This document shows positions 38,337 to 48,582 of a stretch of 64,000 nucleotides of DNA, piece after piece (position 1 is the first letter of the stretch; every line of letters starts with the position of its first letter). The stretch is taken from positions 38,614 to 102,613 of the forward strand of contig CAVRBG010000005.1 of the NCBI GenBank assembly GCA_963719245.1, written 5' to 3'. The notes under the pieces are model-generated. The model was not told where the DNA came from, searched no databases, and was given only the letters and a program-made list of their open reading frames with translations. This DNA comes from an uncultured Actinomycetes bacterium. Lineage in GTDB: Bacteria; Actinomycetota; Acidimicrobiia; IMCC26256; DASPTH01. Both the position numbers and the translations under genes were made by a program.

Positions 38337-38473
38337 GCCGTCGTGGCTCGCTCACCACTCGGCCAGGCGCCCTGCTTCCGGCTACCCGGAAGGTCCTCGG
38401 ACCGGCTAGCTGGCCTCCGAAGACGGCGGCTGGCCTGGAAGACGGCGGGCGCGCGCGGCGCGACATTGTCTCC

Positions 38474-38962
38474 ATGAGCGCACACCTGGCATCGGTTCCG
38501 ATCCCGCCGTCGGCGCACGTCGTCGACGGCGACCAATCGTCACCTACGGCTGAGCTCGCGACCGCCGCGTACGCGGAACGCGAGATCGACAACGCGTGCG
38601 CGACCGCCGAGCTGTGCCACGCGGTCGCCACCCGGGCGCACGCCGAGGGCCGCCACCTCGTCGCCGGCGTCCTCGGGGAGTTCGGCGCGCAGTTCTCCGC
38701 GGAAGCCTCGTTGCTCGCGCCGGCCTCGATGCCGGACATCCGATGGCCGCGCCGATCGGTGTCCCGGCTCGACGTGGAGGCCGATCTCGACGGGTGGATC
38801 GAGACGGTCGACGAATCGCTGCAGTACTCGGAGCGGACGCTCCGCTGGATCGCAGGCCGGCCCGATCTCCCCACCCTCGCCCGGGTGACGTTCGACGCAC
38901 TCGCCACCGCACGTCATGCACGACGGCACCTCCTCCTGGCCTGCACCGCACTCGACGCCTGA
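38474..38962 (+). CDS. hypothetical helical protein
   Basis: 162-aa ORF with protein-like composition, directly upstream of a same-strand operon. Confidence 0.55.
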   Translation: MSAHLASVPIPPSAHVVDGDQSSPTAELATAAYAEREIDNACATAELCHAVATRAHAEGRHLVAGVLGEFGAQFSAEASLLAPASMPDIRWPRRSVSRLDVEADLDGWIETVDESLQYSERTLRWIAGRPDLPTLARVTFDALATARHARRHLLLACTALDA

Positions 38963-38989
38963 TGAGGAGTTCCCGAAAGGGGGAAGAAC

Positions 38990-39877
38990 ATGACGCGAAC
39001 CACTGACCCGGTCGCATTCCTCGGGACGGGCACGATGGGCCACGGCATGGTCTCCAGCGCGCTGCGGGCCGGCATCGCCACGATCGTCTGGAACCGCGAG
39101 CCGGAGGCCACCCGCGACCTGGCTGTGCTCGGCGCCGAAGTCGCCGACACCGCCGCTGACGCGGCGCGGCGAGCGAAGATCGTCGTCACGATGGTGACCG
39201 ATGCCGACGCCGTGATCGGCATCGCCCGCGATCAGGGCATGCTCGGCGCGCTCGCCTCCGGCTCGATCTGGGCGCAGATGAGCACCATCGGCGTGGCCGG
39301 TACCGATCGCGTCGCGGCGCTCGTCGCCCGGGAACGGCCCGACGTCACGCTCGTCGACGCGCCCGTGTCAGGCAGCAAGGAACCGGCCGCGCAGGGTCAA
39401 TTGACGATCTTCGCCTCCGGCCCCGAGGTGGCGCAAGCGCCCCTCGGCCCCCTGTTCGATGCTCTCGGCCAACGCACGATCTGGGTCGGACCGGTGGGGA
39501 CGGGAACGCGGGTGAAGCTCGTGAACAACACCTGGCTCGCGTTCAGCGCGGAGGCGCTCGACGCCTCGGTCGCGCTCGCGCACCGGCTCGGGCTCGACAC
39601 CCGGACGGTCGCGACCGCGCTCGGAGGTGGCCCGCTCGTGTCGCCGTGGCAGGCGGCAAAGCTGCAGCGCATCATCGACGACGACTACTCGGCCCAGTTC
39701 GCGTTGTCGCTCGCCCTCAAGGACGTCCACCTCGCGCTCGAAGAGGCCGACGCGGGTCAGTTCGCCGCGCTCGCGTCCCTCGCCGACGAGTGGGAACGCG
39801 TCGTGGACGAAGGATGCGGGGACCAGGACCTCACCATCGTCGCCCGGGCGCTCGAACGACTCGGAGGCACGCCATGA
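38990..39877 (+). CDS. NAD(P)-dependent 3-hydroxyisobutyrate dehydrogenase family oxidoreductase
   Basis: FLGTGTMG, VWNR, VDAPVSGS, KLVNN, KDVHLA. Confidence 0.92.
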   Translation: MTRTTDPVAFLGTGTMGHGMVSSALRAGIATIVWNREPEATRDLAVLGAEVADTAADAARRAKIVVTMVTDADAVIGIARDQGMLGALASGSIWAQMSTIGVAGTDRVAALVARERPDVTLVDAPVSGSKEPAAQGQLTIFASGPEVAQAPLGPLFDALGQRTIWVGPVGTGTRVKLVNNTWLAFSAEALDASVALAHRLGLDTRTVATALGGGPLVSPWQAAKLQRIIDDDYSAQFALSLALKDVHLALEEADAGQFAALASLADEWERVVDEGCGDQDLTIVARALERLGGTP

Positions 39878-40866
39878 CCTCGATCGGCTACACGATGATG
39901 TGTGAGCAAGCCGGACCGAAGCAGTTGGTGCGCGACGTCGCGCTCGCGGAAGAAGCGGGCTTCGACTTCGCCGTCATCAGCGACCACTACTCCCCCTGGC
40001 TCGACTCCCAGGGCCATTCGCCGTACGCGTGGAGCGTGCTCGGCGCGGCGGCCCAGGCGACGAGCCGCATCCCGCTGATGACGTACGTCACGTGCCCGAC
40101 CCGTCGCTATCACCCCGCCGTCGTCGCGCAGAAGGCGGCGACCATGCAACTGCTGTCCGACGGGCGGTTCACGCTCGGGCTCGGCGCGGGCGAGAACCTC
40201 AACGAGCACATCGTCGGTGGGCGGTGGCCCATCGTCAGCGTGCGCCACGAGATGCTCGAGGAGGCGGTCGGGATCATCCGCGCCCTGTGGTCCGGCGACA
40301 CCGTGACCACGCGGGGCAAGCACTTCGACGTCGAGGCCGCGAAGGTGTGGGACCTCCCCGACACCGCGCCGCCGATCGGCATCGCGGTGTCGGGGCCTGA
40401 GAGCTGTCGTCTGGCCGGACGGCACGCCGACGTCATGATCGCGGTCGAGCCCCGCCCCGAGCTCGGCGACCTGTTCGACGACGCCGGAGGCGCGGGCAAG
40501 CCGCGCGTCGGGCAGATCGCGCTGTCGTACGATCCCGACGAGCGACTCGCGGTCAAGCGGGCGATGGACCAGTTCCGCTGGTTCACCGGCAACTGGAGGG
40601 TCAACGCGGAGCTGCCCGTCCCGGCATCGTTCGACGCCGCCGCCCGCACCGTGCGCGAGGACGACGTGTCGACGCGGATGCCCTGCGGGCCCGACGTCGA
40701 ACGCCACGTCTCCGGGATACGCGCCTTCGAGGCCGCGGGCTTCACCCACATCGCGTTGGTCCAGGTCGGCGGGGACACCCAGGAGGGATTCATGAGCTGG
40801 GCGGCCACCGAGCTCCTCCCCGCCCTTCGCGCCGGCGACGCGGACAGATCGTCAGCGAGCCGCTGA
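39874..40866 (+). CDS. F420-dependent LLM oxidoreductase (G6PDH-like family)
   Basis: GYTMMCEQ, ISDHYSPW, TCPT, GLGAGENLNEH. Confidence 0.92.
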   Translation: MTSIGYTMMCEQAGPKQLVRDVALAEEAGFDFAVISDHYSPWLDSQGHSPYAWSVLGAAAQATSRIPLMTYVTCPTRRYHPAVVAQKAATMQLLSDGRFTLGLGAGENLNEHIVGGRWPIVSVRHEMLEEAVGIIRALWSGDTVTTRGKHFDVEAAKVWDLPDTAPPIGIAVSGPESCRLAGRHADVMIAVEPRPELGDLFDDAGGAGKPRVGQIALSYDPDERLAVKRAMDQFRWFTGNWRVNAELPVPASFDAAARTVREDDVSTRMPCGPDVERHVSGIRAFEAAGFTHIALVQVGGDTQEGFMSWAATELLPALRAGDADRSSASR

Positions 40867-40878
40867 CGCGAGGCGTCG

Positions 40879-41625
40879 ATGAGGGCGAAATTCGTCGAGG
40901 ACGCGCGCGAGATGCTCGTGCCGCCGCGTGGTAGCAGGCACGGGCCGCTCCCACCGTTGCTGCTCGGCCTGACCTTCGTCACCGGTCTCGTCGACGCGTT
41001 CAGCTACCTGCTGCTCGGTCACGTCTTCGTCGCCAACATGACCGGCAACGTGGTGTTCCTCGGGTTCGCGTTCGCCGGCGCCGCCGGCTTCTCGATCCTG
41101 GCGTCCCTCGTCGCCCTGGCGTCGTTCTTCGTCGGCGCCCTGGTCGGCGGACGGATCGGTCACGCGCTCGGAGGTCACCGAGGGCACCTGCTCGCCACGG
41201 CGGGCTCGCTGCAGACGCTCCTCTTCGCGGCGTCGGTGGTCGTGGCTGCCGTGGCTGGCGAGCCGGTGTCGAGCGGGTACCGGTACACCTTGATCGTCGT
41301 CCTCGCGCTCGCGATGGGCATCCAGAACGCCACCGCGCGCCGGCTCGCGGTTCCGGATCTGACCACCACGGTCCTCACCTTGACCATCACCGGGGTGGCG
41401 GCCGACAGCAGCGTCGCCGGCGGTGCCGGTTCGGCGGCAGGGCGTCGACTCGTCGCCGTGACCACGATGCTGCTGGGGGCGTTCGCCGGGGCCGCGCTGG
41501 TGCTGGACGTGCACATCGTGGCTCCGCTCGCCATCGCGCTCGTCGTGGCCGCGGTGGTCGCGGTGATCAGCTGGCGCGCCGGCGCGACCGACGAGGCGTG
41601 GGTACGACCGAACTCGACGGCGTGA
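40879..41625 (+). CDS. YoaK/DUF1275 family membrane protein
   Basis: GLVDAFSY, VFVANMTGN, AMGIQNA, TTTVLT. Confidence 0.9.
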   Translation: MRAKFVEDAREMLVPPRGSRHGPLPPLLLGLTFVTGLVDAFSYLLLGHVFVANMTGNVVFLGFAFAGAAGFSILASLVALASFFVGALVGGRIGHALGGHRGHLLATAGSLQTLLFAASVVVAAVAGEPVSSGYRYTLIVVLALAMGIQNATARRLAVPDLTTTVLTLTITGVAADSSVAGGAGSAAGRRLVAVTTMLLGAFAGAALVLDVHIVAPLAIALVVAAVVAVISWRAGATDEAWVRPNSTA

Positions 41626-41720
41626 CCGCGCGGGCATCCAGCGACATCTCGAGGCGTGATCTGGTGCGGCCACGCGGTGACGCGCCAGGATGACGATCCG
41701 AGCACCCCGATTGGAGAGTC

Positions 41721-42602
41721 ATGCCTGACCGCGAGATCGAGATCAACGGCGGCGTCGTCGTGTACGAGTTCGTCGGTCCGGAGGATGGCGAGGTCGTCGT
41801 CATCACGCCGGGCGGCCGCTTCAGCAAGGACTACGGCGGGGTGCACGAGCTGGCGCAGGCACTGGCCGACGGCGGCAAGCGGGTGTTGCTGTGGGATCGG
41901 CCGAACTGCGGCAAGTCGGAGGTGCAGGTCTACGGCCGCTCGGAGTCCCACATGCGAGCGGAGACGCTGGGCTTGGTGCTGCAGCACCTCGGCATCGAGC
42001 AGGTCGTCGCAGCCGGCGGGTCGGGCGGTGCTCGGGACTCGATCATCTTCACGATCATGTGGCCCGACCTCGTGCGCAAGCTCGCGGTGTGGTCGATCGT
42101 CGGCGGGACCTACAGCACGATGTTGCTCGCCACCGCCTACGTCCTGGACGAGCTGGGCGCCGTCCGGAAAAGCGGCATCGAGGGCGTGATCGAGATGGAC
42201 TCCGGCCCGTTCAGTTGGTCCGCGCTCGTCGCCGCGAACCCTCGCAATGCCGACCGCCTGCGCGCGATCGGCAGCGAGGAGTTCGAGCGGGTGATGACCC
42301 GGTGGTTGGACGCCTTCGTCCCGAAGCCGAACGAGGCCATTCCGGGCGTGCCCGATTGGGAGTTCGCCACGATCACGTGCCCGACGTTGGTCATGCGTGG
42401 GGGCGAGAAGGACTACGACCACCCGAAGCGCACGTCGTTCGAGGTGCACGCGTTGATCAGCGGATCCCGGTTGATCGAGCCGCCGTGGCCAGAGGACGCG
42501 TGGGAGCGGGCGGTGGAGGCAACCACCGCCGGGACGGGAAGTCTCTTCGATCCCTGGGTGCAAGCGGCGCCCGTGCTGCTCGACTTCATCGACGAGCCGT
42601 GA
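41721..42602 (+). CDS. alpha/beta fold hydrolase
   Basis: WDRPNCGKS, GGSGG elbow, ITCPTLVMRG...DHP. Confidence 0.85.
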   Translation: MPDREIEINGGVVVYEFVGPEDGEVVVITPGGRFSKDYGGVHELAQALADGGKRVLLWDRPNCGKSEVQVYGRSESHMRAETLGLVLQHLGIEQVVAAGGSGGARDSIIFTIMWPDLVRKLAVWSIVGGTYSTMLLATAYVLDELGAVRKSGIEGVIEMDSGPFSWSALVAANPRNADRLRAIGSEEFERVMTRWLDAFVPKPNEAIPGVPDWEFATITCPTLVMRGGEKDYDHPKRTSFEVHALISGSRLIEPPWPEDAWERAVEATTAGTGSLFDPWVQAAPVLLDFIDEP

Positions 42603-42621
42603 CGTCGCGCCGCGGCCGCGC

Positions 42622-44149
42622 TCAACCGCGCGGCCCGGGGAGCAGCGCCTGGACCGTCTCGATCGAATCCGCGGCCTCGGCCGACTTGTCGTCGCGGTAT
42701 CGGCGGACCCGCGCGAAGCGCAACGCGACACCGCCGGGGTAGCGGGTCGACGCCTGTACGCCGTCGAGTGCGACCTCGACGACGAGCTCGGGACGCACGT
42801 ACACCGTGATCCCGTCGCGCCCGATCTCACGCGCCAAGAGCTCCTCCGTCTGCCATTGCAGCGTGGCGTCGGTGAGACCCTTGAACGTCTTGCCGACCAT
42901 CACGAACGTCCCATCGGGACCCCGCGCGCCGAGGTGCAGGTTCGAGAGCCAGCCCTGCCGCCGGCCGTGGCCCCATTCCACTGCGAGCACGACGAGGTCG
43001 AGCGTCCGCACGGGCTTCACCTTGCGCCACGCGCCGCCGCGACGACCAGCGTCGTACGTCGAGTCGAGCGCCTTGAGCATCACGCCCTCGTGCCCGGCGG
43101 TGATCGCGGCGTCGAGCACCGCGGCGGCCTCGTCGGCCGACGCGGTCACCACACCCGGGATGCTCCGCTCGCCCACGAGCGTGTGCACGACCTCGAGTCG
43201 CTCCCCCAGCGGCTGGTCGATGAGGTCGTCGCCGTCGACGTGCAGCACATCGAAGAAGAACGCGTCGAGCGCACCGGCCGCGCCTCGGCGCGGGTCTGAG
43301 TCGCGGCCGAACGAGCTCATCGTGTCCTGGAAGGCGTGAGGACGGGCCTCGTCGTCGACGCCGATCGCCTCACCGTCGAGCACGACCGCTCGGACGGGCA
43401 GCCCACGCGCCCAGTCAGCGACGCCGGGCAATCGGCCACTGATCTCGTTGAGGTTGCGGGTGTAGATCCTCACGTCGTCGTCGATCCGATGCACCTGGAT
43501 GCGCGCACCATCGAGCTTCCACTCCACCGACGCGGTGCCGACATCGTCGAGCGCGCTCGCGACGTCGGGTGCTCCGGCCGCGAGCATCGGGTGGACGCCG
43601 CGACCCACTTCGAGCCCGATGGCCTGGAGTCCGGGGATGCCGTCGGTGAGCGCGACGACCGCGGTGTGGCCGAGGTCGCCCGACAGCATCGCCGCCCGAC
43701 GTACCAGCGCCGGCGGGTACCGACGCGGCGCGGGCGACGGCATCGGTCATGAGGCCGGCCAGGGCACCCTGGCGCAGCTCGCCGACGAGGACACGTCGGA
43801 GGAAGTCGGCTTCTGCCGGGGTGGCGCGGTCGAACAGCTCGCGCAGGACTGCCTGACGTCCGGCCGCCGAACCGCTCCCGGTCGTGACGACGAGCCGGTC
43901 GAGGGCACGGTCGACGTCGGCGATCGTCAGCGTCGGCACCGCGGCCGAGGCGGCGTCGAGCGCGGAGACGGTGGCCCAGCCCACGCCGATTCGCCCCTGG
44001 CGGGCCTCGCCGGTGAGGAAGCCGACGGCCGCCTCGATCTCATCGGGTGCGAGGTGGCCGAGCAACTCGGCCAGCGACGAGACCTTGGCCGATCGGGCCC
44101 GCGTCGAGCCGACCACGGCCGAGGTGGCGACCAGATCCGCGAGCAACAC
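42622..44149 (-). CDS. ligB: ATP-dependent DNA ligase (actinobacterial LigB type), frameshift at about 43720
   Basis: RQGRIGVGW, GELRQGA, PMLA, EWKLDGARIQ (KxDG), EGVMLK, WRKVKP, ALRFARV. Confidence 0.9.
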
Positions 44150-44303
44150 GGCGCCAGTGTGCCCGACCGTCAACGGGCGCCGAGATCCGTGCGGGGAACC
44201 CGCAAAGTTGTGGCTCAGTTGCTTCTCTTCTCGACGCCCTCTGCGGACAATCGAGAGTGTCGGAGCAGGGCGGCGACGGCCACTACCCGAAGCGGGTGGG
44301 ACG

Positions 44304-44501
44304 GTGTTCATCGACTACTGCTGCCACGACCACGGCGTCGTCGACCAGGCACAAACGCTGATGGATCACGACCGACCGAGAGCCTGCCCCATCTGCGATG
44401 GCCCGCTGTTCGTGGCCCTCGGCGAGGGCCTGCCCAGTCGCCATCGTCCGAGCGTCGCCGGGGTTGGCGGCGAGCTCCCCCGACGTCTCGAGCTGCGCTA
44501 G
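44304..44501 (+). CDS. small zinc-ribbon-like protein
   Basis: 65 aa: YCCHDHG...CPICDG, resembling FmdB-type Zn ribbons. Confidence 0.45.
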   Translation: MFIDYCCHDHGVVDQAQTLMDHDRPRACPICDGPLFVALGEGLPSRHRPSVAGVGGELPRRLELR

Positions 44502-44688
44502 GCGGAAGCACCGGCTCCCGGCGCCGCGTCGTCGCGTCCCGGACTCGAGCTCCGAGGTGGCGGGGGAAGGTTCCTGCCGGCCGGGTACCCCCGCCCGGCC
44601 CGGCAGGGACCGGGCGCGACGCAACCATCCGCCACCTCAGGCCGTCGACGCACCACGATGTGGCCGGCGAGCGATGAGGGAGAGCGTC

Positions 44689-44952
44689 ATGAGCCAACAA
44701 CCCCCGCACGAAGAGAGTCGCAAGCTCAGCGGCGGCGCGATCGCCTCACTGGGCGGCGTCGCGGTGCTGCTGATCTTCATCGTCCAGAACACCGAGGACG
44801 TCCGCTTCGACTTTCTCTGCTTGGACTTCACCTGGCCGCTCTGGCTGTACACCATCGTGACCGCGCTCTTCGGAGCGCTGGTGTGGTTCGGGCTGGGAGT
44901 GATGCGTCGTCACTCCCGCCGCAAGGAACGCCGAGCCGACCGCCGAGACTGA
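44689..44952 (+). CDS. LapA/DUF1049 family small membrane protein
   Basis: LLIFIVQNTEDVRFDFL...WPLWL, two TMs, basic tail. Confidence 0.85.
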   Translation: MSQQPPHEESRKLSGGAIASLGGVAVLLIFIVQNTEDVRFDFLCLDFTWPLWLYTIVTALFGALVWFGLGVMRRHSRRKERRADRRD

Positions 44953-45737
44953 GCGCCTGCGCTCACCGGGACTGCTCCTCGGCGGGCGATCCAGAGGTCC
45001 TCGATCGGCCACTGCGACGCCCAGCCCGCGGACGCGATCTCGTAGTACTCGGGATGCTTCGAACCCGCCCTCGCGTACAGCTCGTGCAGCGCTTCGATGA
45101 CAAAGCCACTGGCTCGCAGAATGCGTATCCAGTCTCCGTGACCGGGGTGGAATTCGATGCCACCACCGGGCCAATGGACACGGTGCAAGCCGCGTTGTGG
45201 TCTCAGCAACCGGTCCCGCGCCTCACCCTCCTCTTCGGGCACACACAGGGTCGCGAGGACGCTGTTCGTCAAGAAGACGAGTCGACCGTCCGGACGCAGG
45301 ATGCGCGCCGCCTCGCGTAGCCAGCGCTCCGGATCACACCACACGCTCGCGCCGTACTCGCTGATGACCAGATCGAAGCTCGCATCGCGGAGAGGTACCG
45401 CGCCGGCGTCGGCCTCGATGAGTGGGAAGTCGACGCCGAACTGGCGCTGACAGCGGTGCGCCGTGTCGAGCTGCGCGGCGGTGAGGTCGACGCCCACGCA
45501 ACGGGCGCCGCGACGCTCGAGCCAGGCCGAGAAGTACGCGGTCCCGCACCCCAGCTCGACCACGTCGAGACCGGCAACGTCACCGAGGACCTTGATGTCG
45601 TGTTCGGGGACTTCGAACAGCCCCCACGTGATCTCGGCCGCGGACCACGCTGACGTCGCGCGCGAGTCGGTGAACTGAGCGTTCACCAGCGTCCACAGGG
45701 TGCGGTTGATCTCGAGATCCTGCCCGGGGTCGGTCAT
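44910..45737 (-). CDS. class I SAM-dependent methyltransferase
   Basis: VVELGCGTAY, GVDLT, ASFDLVISEYGAS, RILRPDG. Confidence 0.92.
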   Translation of the reverse strand: MTDPGQDLEINRTLWTLVNAQFTDSRATSAWSAAEITWGLFEVPEHDIKVLGDVAGLDVVELGCGTAYFSAWLERRGARCVGVDLTAAQLDTAHRCQRQFGVDFPLIEADAGAVPLRDASFDLVISEYGASVWCDPERWLREAARILRPDGRLVFLTNSVLATLCVPEEEGEARDRLLRPQRGLHRVHWPGGGIEFHPGHGDWIRILRASGFVIEALHELYARAGSKHPEYYEIASAGWASQWPIEDLWIARRGAVPVSAGAQSRRSARRSLRRE

Positions 45738-45764
45738 GCGGTCACGGCCGCCCGGCGTCTCGGG

Positions 45765-46061
45765 TCAACCGGCGAGGATCTTGGCCTTCTGCGCGTCGAA
45801 CTCGGCGTCGGTGAGCACACCTTGTGACTTCAGATCGGCGAGCTGCTGGAGCTGCGCGAGCTTGTTGTCCATCGCGTCGTCGGCGGGCGGCGCTGCGGCC
45901 GCGACGGGTGCCGGCTGCGCCGGCTGCTGCTGCTGCTCGTACTGCTGCTGGTCCTGGTCGGCCCAACGGCCGGCCTGGCGACGGGAGACACGATTCGACA
46001 CCGCGGTCGCGGTCCCGGCAACGACGGCGGTACGGGCGACTCCTCGCAGAAGTCCGGGCAC
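45765..46061 (-). CDS. SHOCT domain protein
   Basis: GLLRGVARTAVVAGTA...LQQLADLKSQGVLTDAEFDAQKAKIL. Confidence 0.9.
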   Translation of the reverse strand: MPGLLRGVARTAVVAGTATAVSNRVSRRQAGRWADQDQQQYEQQQQPAQPAPVAAAAPPADDAMDNKLAQLQQLADLKSQGVLTDAEFDAQKAKILAG

Positions 46062-46114
46062 GGTGGTCTACCTCTCGTTCGTCGTCATCGGCGGTTCATG
46101 GTCGTCGGTTCGCA

Positions 46115-46550
46115 TCATGCCTGCGCCTCGGCCGCGTCGAGCGCGGCCAGGATGGCCTGGATCGGAATACGACCCTGGGCGATCAACTGCGCACCGCCGC
46201 GACGCAGCGCGGCGGCGAACGGTCCCGCCCACACGTTCTCGTACACGAGGATGCCGATCGAACTGCCGGGCTCGATGAGCGCGCTCGCCTCGGCGGCATC
46301 GTCCTGGCTGATCAAGCCCGACGAGGCGCCTTCGAACACCGCCAGGTCGGACCCGGCACCCAGATCGGCGATGTTCACGCCCGCAACCGAGCCGTCTTGG
46401 GCTTTCGTAAAGAACGCGAGGTCGAGGATACGGATGATGCCGCGATCAACGAGGTCGAGGAGGATCGGAAAGCCCTCCCCGGTCATCCGGTTGCCCGGGA
46501 ACTCGACGATCAGGTAGTCGATCGGGCCCAGTCTCTTCGACGTCGCTCAC
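46115..46550 (-). CDS. DUF6325-like protein (1-nt indel near 46532)
   Basis: GPIDYLIVEFPG...LVDRGIIRILDL...YENVWA...GRIP; GTG start overlaps the RNase H stop. Confidence 0.8.
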
Positions 46551-47163
46551 TGGTGTCCCCACTCTGCTCGATCTGCCGGAGTCCCTCGCGCGGCGCGCAG
46601 ATTACTCCGCCACGCGAGGCCGCGGTGCCCGGCCGCATCCTCAGCGAGGTCTGCGTGCATCGCAATGCCGGGACCGGGCGACCACGGCCGTCCGGCGTCG
46701 AGCGCTTCGGCTGCTGCACGCGCTCGCTGGTCAGCCGCTTCGTTCGCCGCGTGACCGGTGTGGCCCCGCACCCACTCGAACGTCGGTGTGCGTTCCGACA
46801 TGAGCACGTCCAGATGCTCGACGAGGTCCCGGTTCTTGACCGGCTGGCCCGATGCGGTCTTCCAACCCCGGCGCTTCCAGCCGTGCCGCCATTTTGTGAG
46901 CGCATCGATCACATAGGTGCTGTCGGCCTGGATGTGCACCGGACGACTCGGTTGGCACGGCCTCGAGCAGCATGGCCACCGACAGCAATTCCATGCGGTT
47001 GTTCGTCGTGGCCGCCTCCGCGCCGGCAGCCCAGCAATCCTCGGACACGAACCAGCACCAGCCACCGGGCCCCGGGATTGCGCAGACACGAGCCGTCGGT
47101 GGCCGCCACGAGGCGCGCCGGCAGGCCCTTGCGACCTGCGGTCTCGTCGAGATCGATCGCCAT
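46547..47163 (-). CDS. rnhA: ribonuclease HI (two frameshifts)
   Basis: TDGSCLRNPG | PGGW...TTNNRMEL | DSTYVID...GWKTASGQPVKNRDL...WVRGHTGHAANEAAD; start approximate. Confidence 0.88.
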
Positions 47164-47295
47164 GCTCGAGAACAGATTCGGTTGGTCCACCGCTGCATCG
47201 TGCCAGCCGCCGGCCCAACGCGAGGGATCCCCTCGTGCGGGCACGCAACCCGGGTGAGTATGGTCCGGACGACAGCCGAGCGTGTGGAGCAGGCA

Positions 47296-48496
47296 ATGGA
47301 GCTGAACCCGTTCGACCACGAGTTCCAGAGCAACCCGTACCCGATGTACGAGTGGCTCCGCGAGGAGGCACCCGTCTACTACAACGAGCGTCTCGACTTC
47401 TGGGCGCTCTCGCGCTTCGACGACGTGCTCACCGCGTTGCACGACACCGCGACCTACACGTCGAGCAAGGGTGTCGCGCTCGAGGACGACGGCCAGGGCG
47501 CGTCGAAGTCGATGATCCACATGGACCCGCCCGACCACACGCACATGCGCAAGGTCATCGCACGCCGGTTCACGCCGCGGCGCATCGCCGAGCTGGAGCC
47601 GACCGTGCGCTCGTGGGCACAGGACCTCGCCGGGCGGCTCGACGGCCGTGCGCAGTTCGACGTCGTGACCGACTACGCAGCACTGTTGCCCGCCACCGTC
47701 ATCTCCGTGATGCTCGGCATCCCCGAGAACGAGCACGACCACGTGCGTACGTGGACCGACGAGTACCTCACCCGGCCCGAGGACCGCATCGACCAGACGG
47801 TCGAGAGCAGGAGCGCCGAGGGCAAGCTCGTGCAGCTCGCGGCCACGTACTCCGCCGCGCGCCGGGCCGCGCCCACCGACGACATCCTCAGCGTGCTCGT
47901 GACCATGGAGTTCGAGGGCGAACCGCTCACCGACGCCGAGGTGATCGGCATGTGCATGCTGCTCATCGCCGGCGGCCACGAGACCACCGCGAAATTGATC
48001 CGCGAACGGCGTGCGCATCCTGAACGCGCATCCCGAGCAGTTCGACGCGGTGCGCGCGGATCCGGAGCTCATGGTGCCCGCGGTCGAGGAGCTCCTCCGC
48101 TTCACGAGCCCCACGCAGTTCATGACCCGCACCACGACGCGCGACGTCGAGGTCCGCGGCACGGTCATTCCGGCGGACTCCAAGGTGGCGTTGCTCCTCG
48201 GCTCGGGCAATCGAGACCCGCGCGAGTTCGAACGGCCCGACGAGTTCGACATCCACCGAGGAAACCCGCGCATCCTGGCCTTCGGCCACGGCGCGCACGT
48301 GTGCCTCGGCGCCGCCGTCGCCCGCCTCGAGGGACGCATCGCGTTGCAGGAGTTCGTCGCGCGCTTCCCCCAGTACGTCGTCGACGAGTCGCGCATCACG
48401 TACATGCACTCCGGCAACGTCCAGGGCCCGACGCGCATGCCGGTCACCGTCGTGCCGGTTGCCGCTTCAGGCGTCCTCGCCGCTGGTGGTGACTGA
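47296..48496 (+). CDS. cytochrome P450 (frameshift at about 48000)
   Basis: AGGHETT, EELLRF, FGHGAHVCLG. Confidence 0.93.
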
Positions 48497-48582
48497 CGAA
48501 CGACGGTCGTCGAGGAGCTCTTCCAGCAATGGTCGGCACCATCGTGTTCGTCTGGCCTGCTGCGCTCCGTACTCGCCGGAAG

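Noticed and set aside
44170-44230. GGGGAACC...GCAAAG resembling a c-di-AMP or c-di-GMP riboswitch fragment
   Set aside because: The remaining conserved elements (GCUGAAUCC, CCCGUCAGCUAA or GGCAAACC) are absent
44910-44952. 43-bp convergent overlap of the LapA-like and methyltransferase genes as antisense regulation
   Set aside because: Could be a simple stop-codon extension or an indel artefact; no further support
45920-45955. CTG/CAG trinucleotide run
   Set aside because: Encodes the Gln-rich linker of the SHOCT protein; not a separate repeat element
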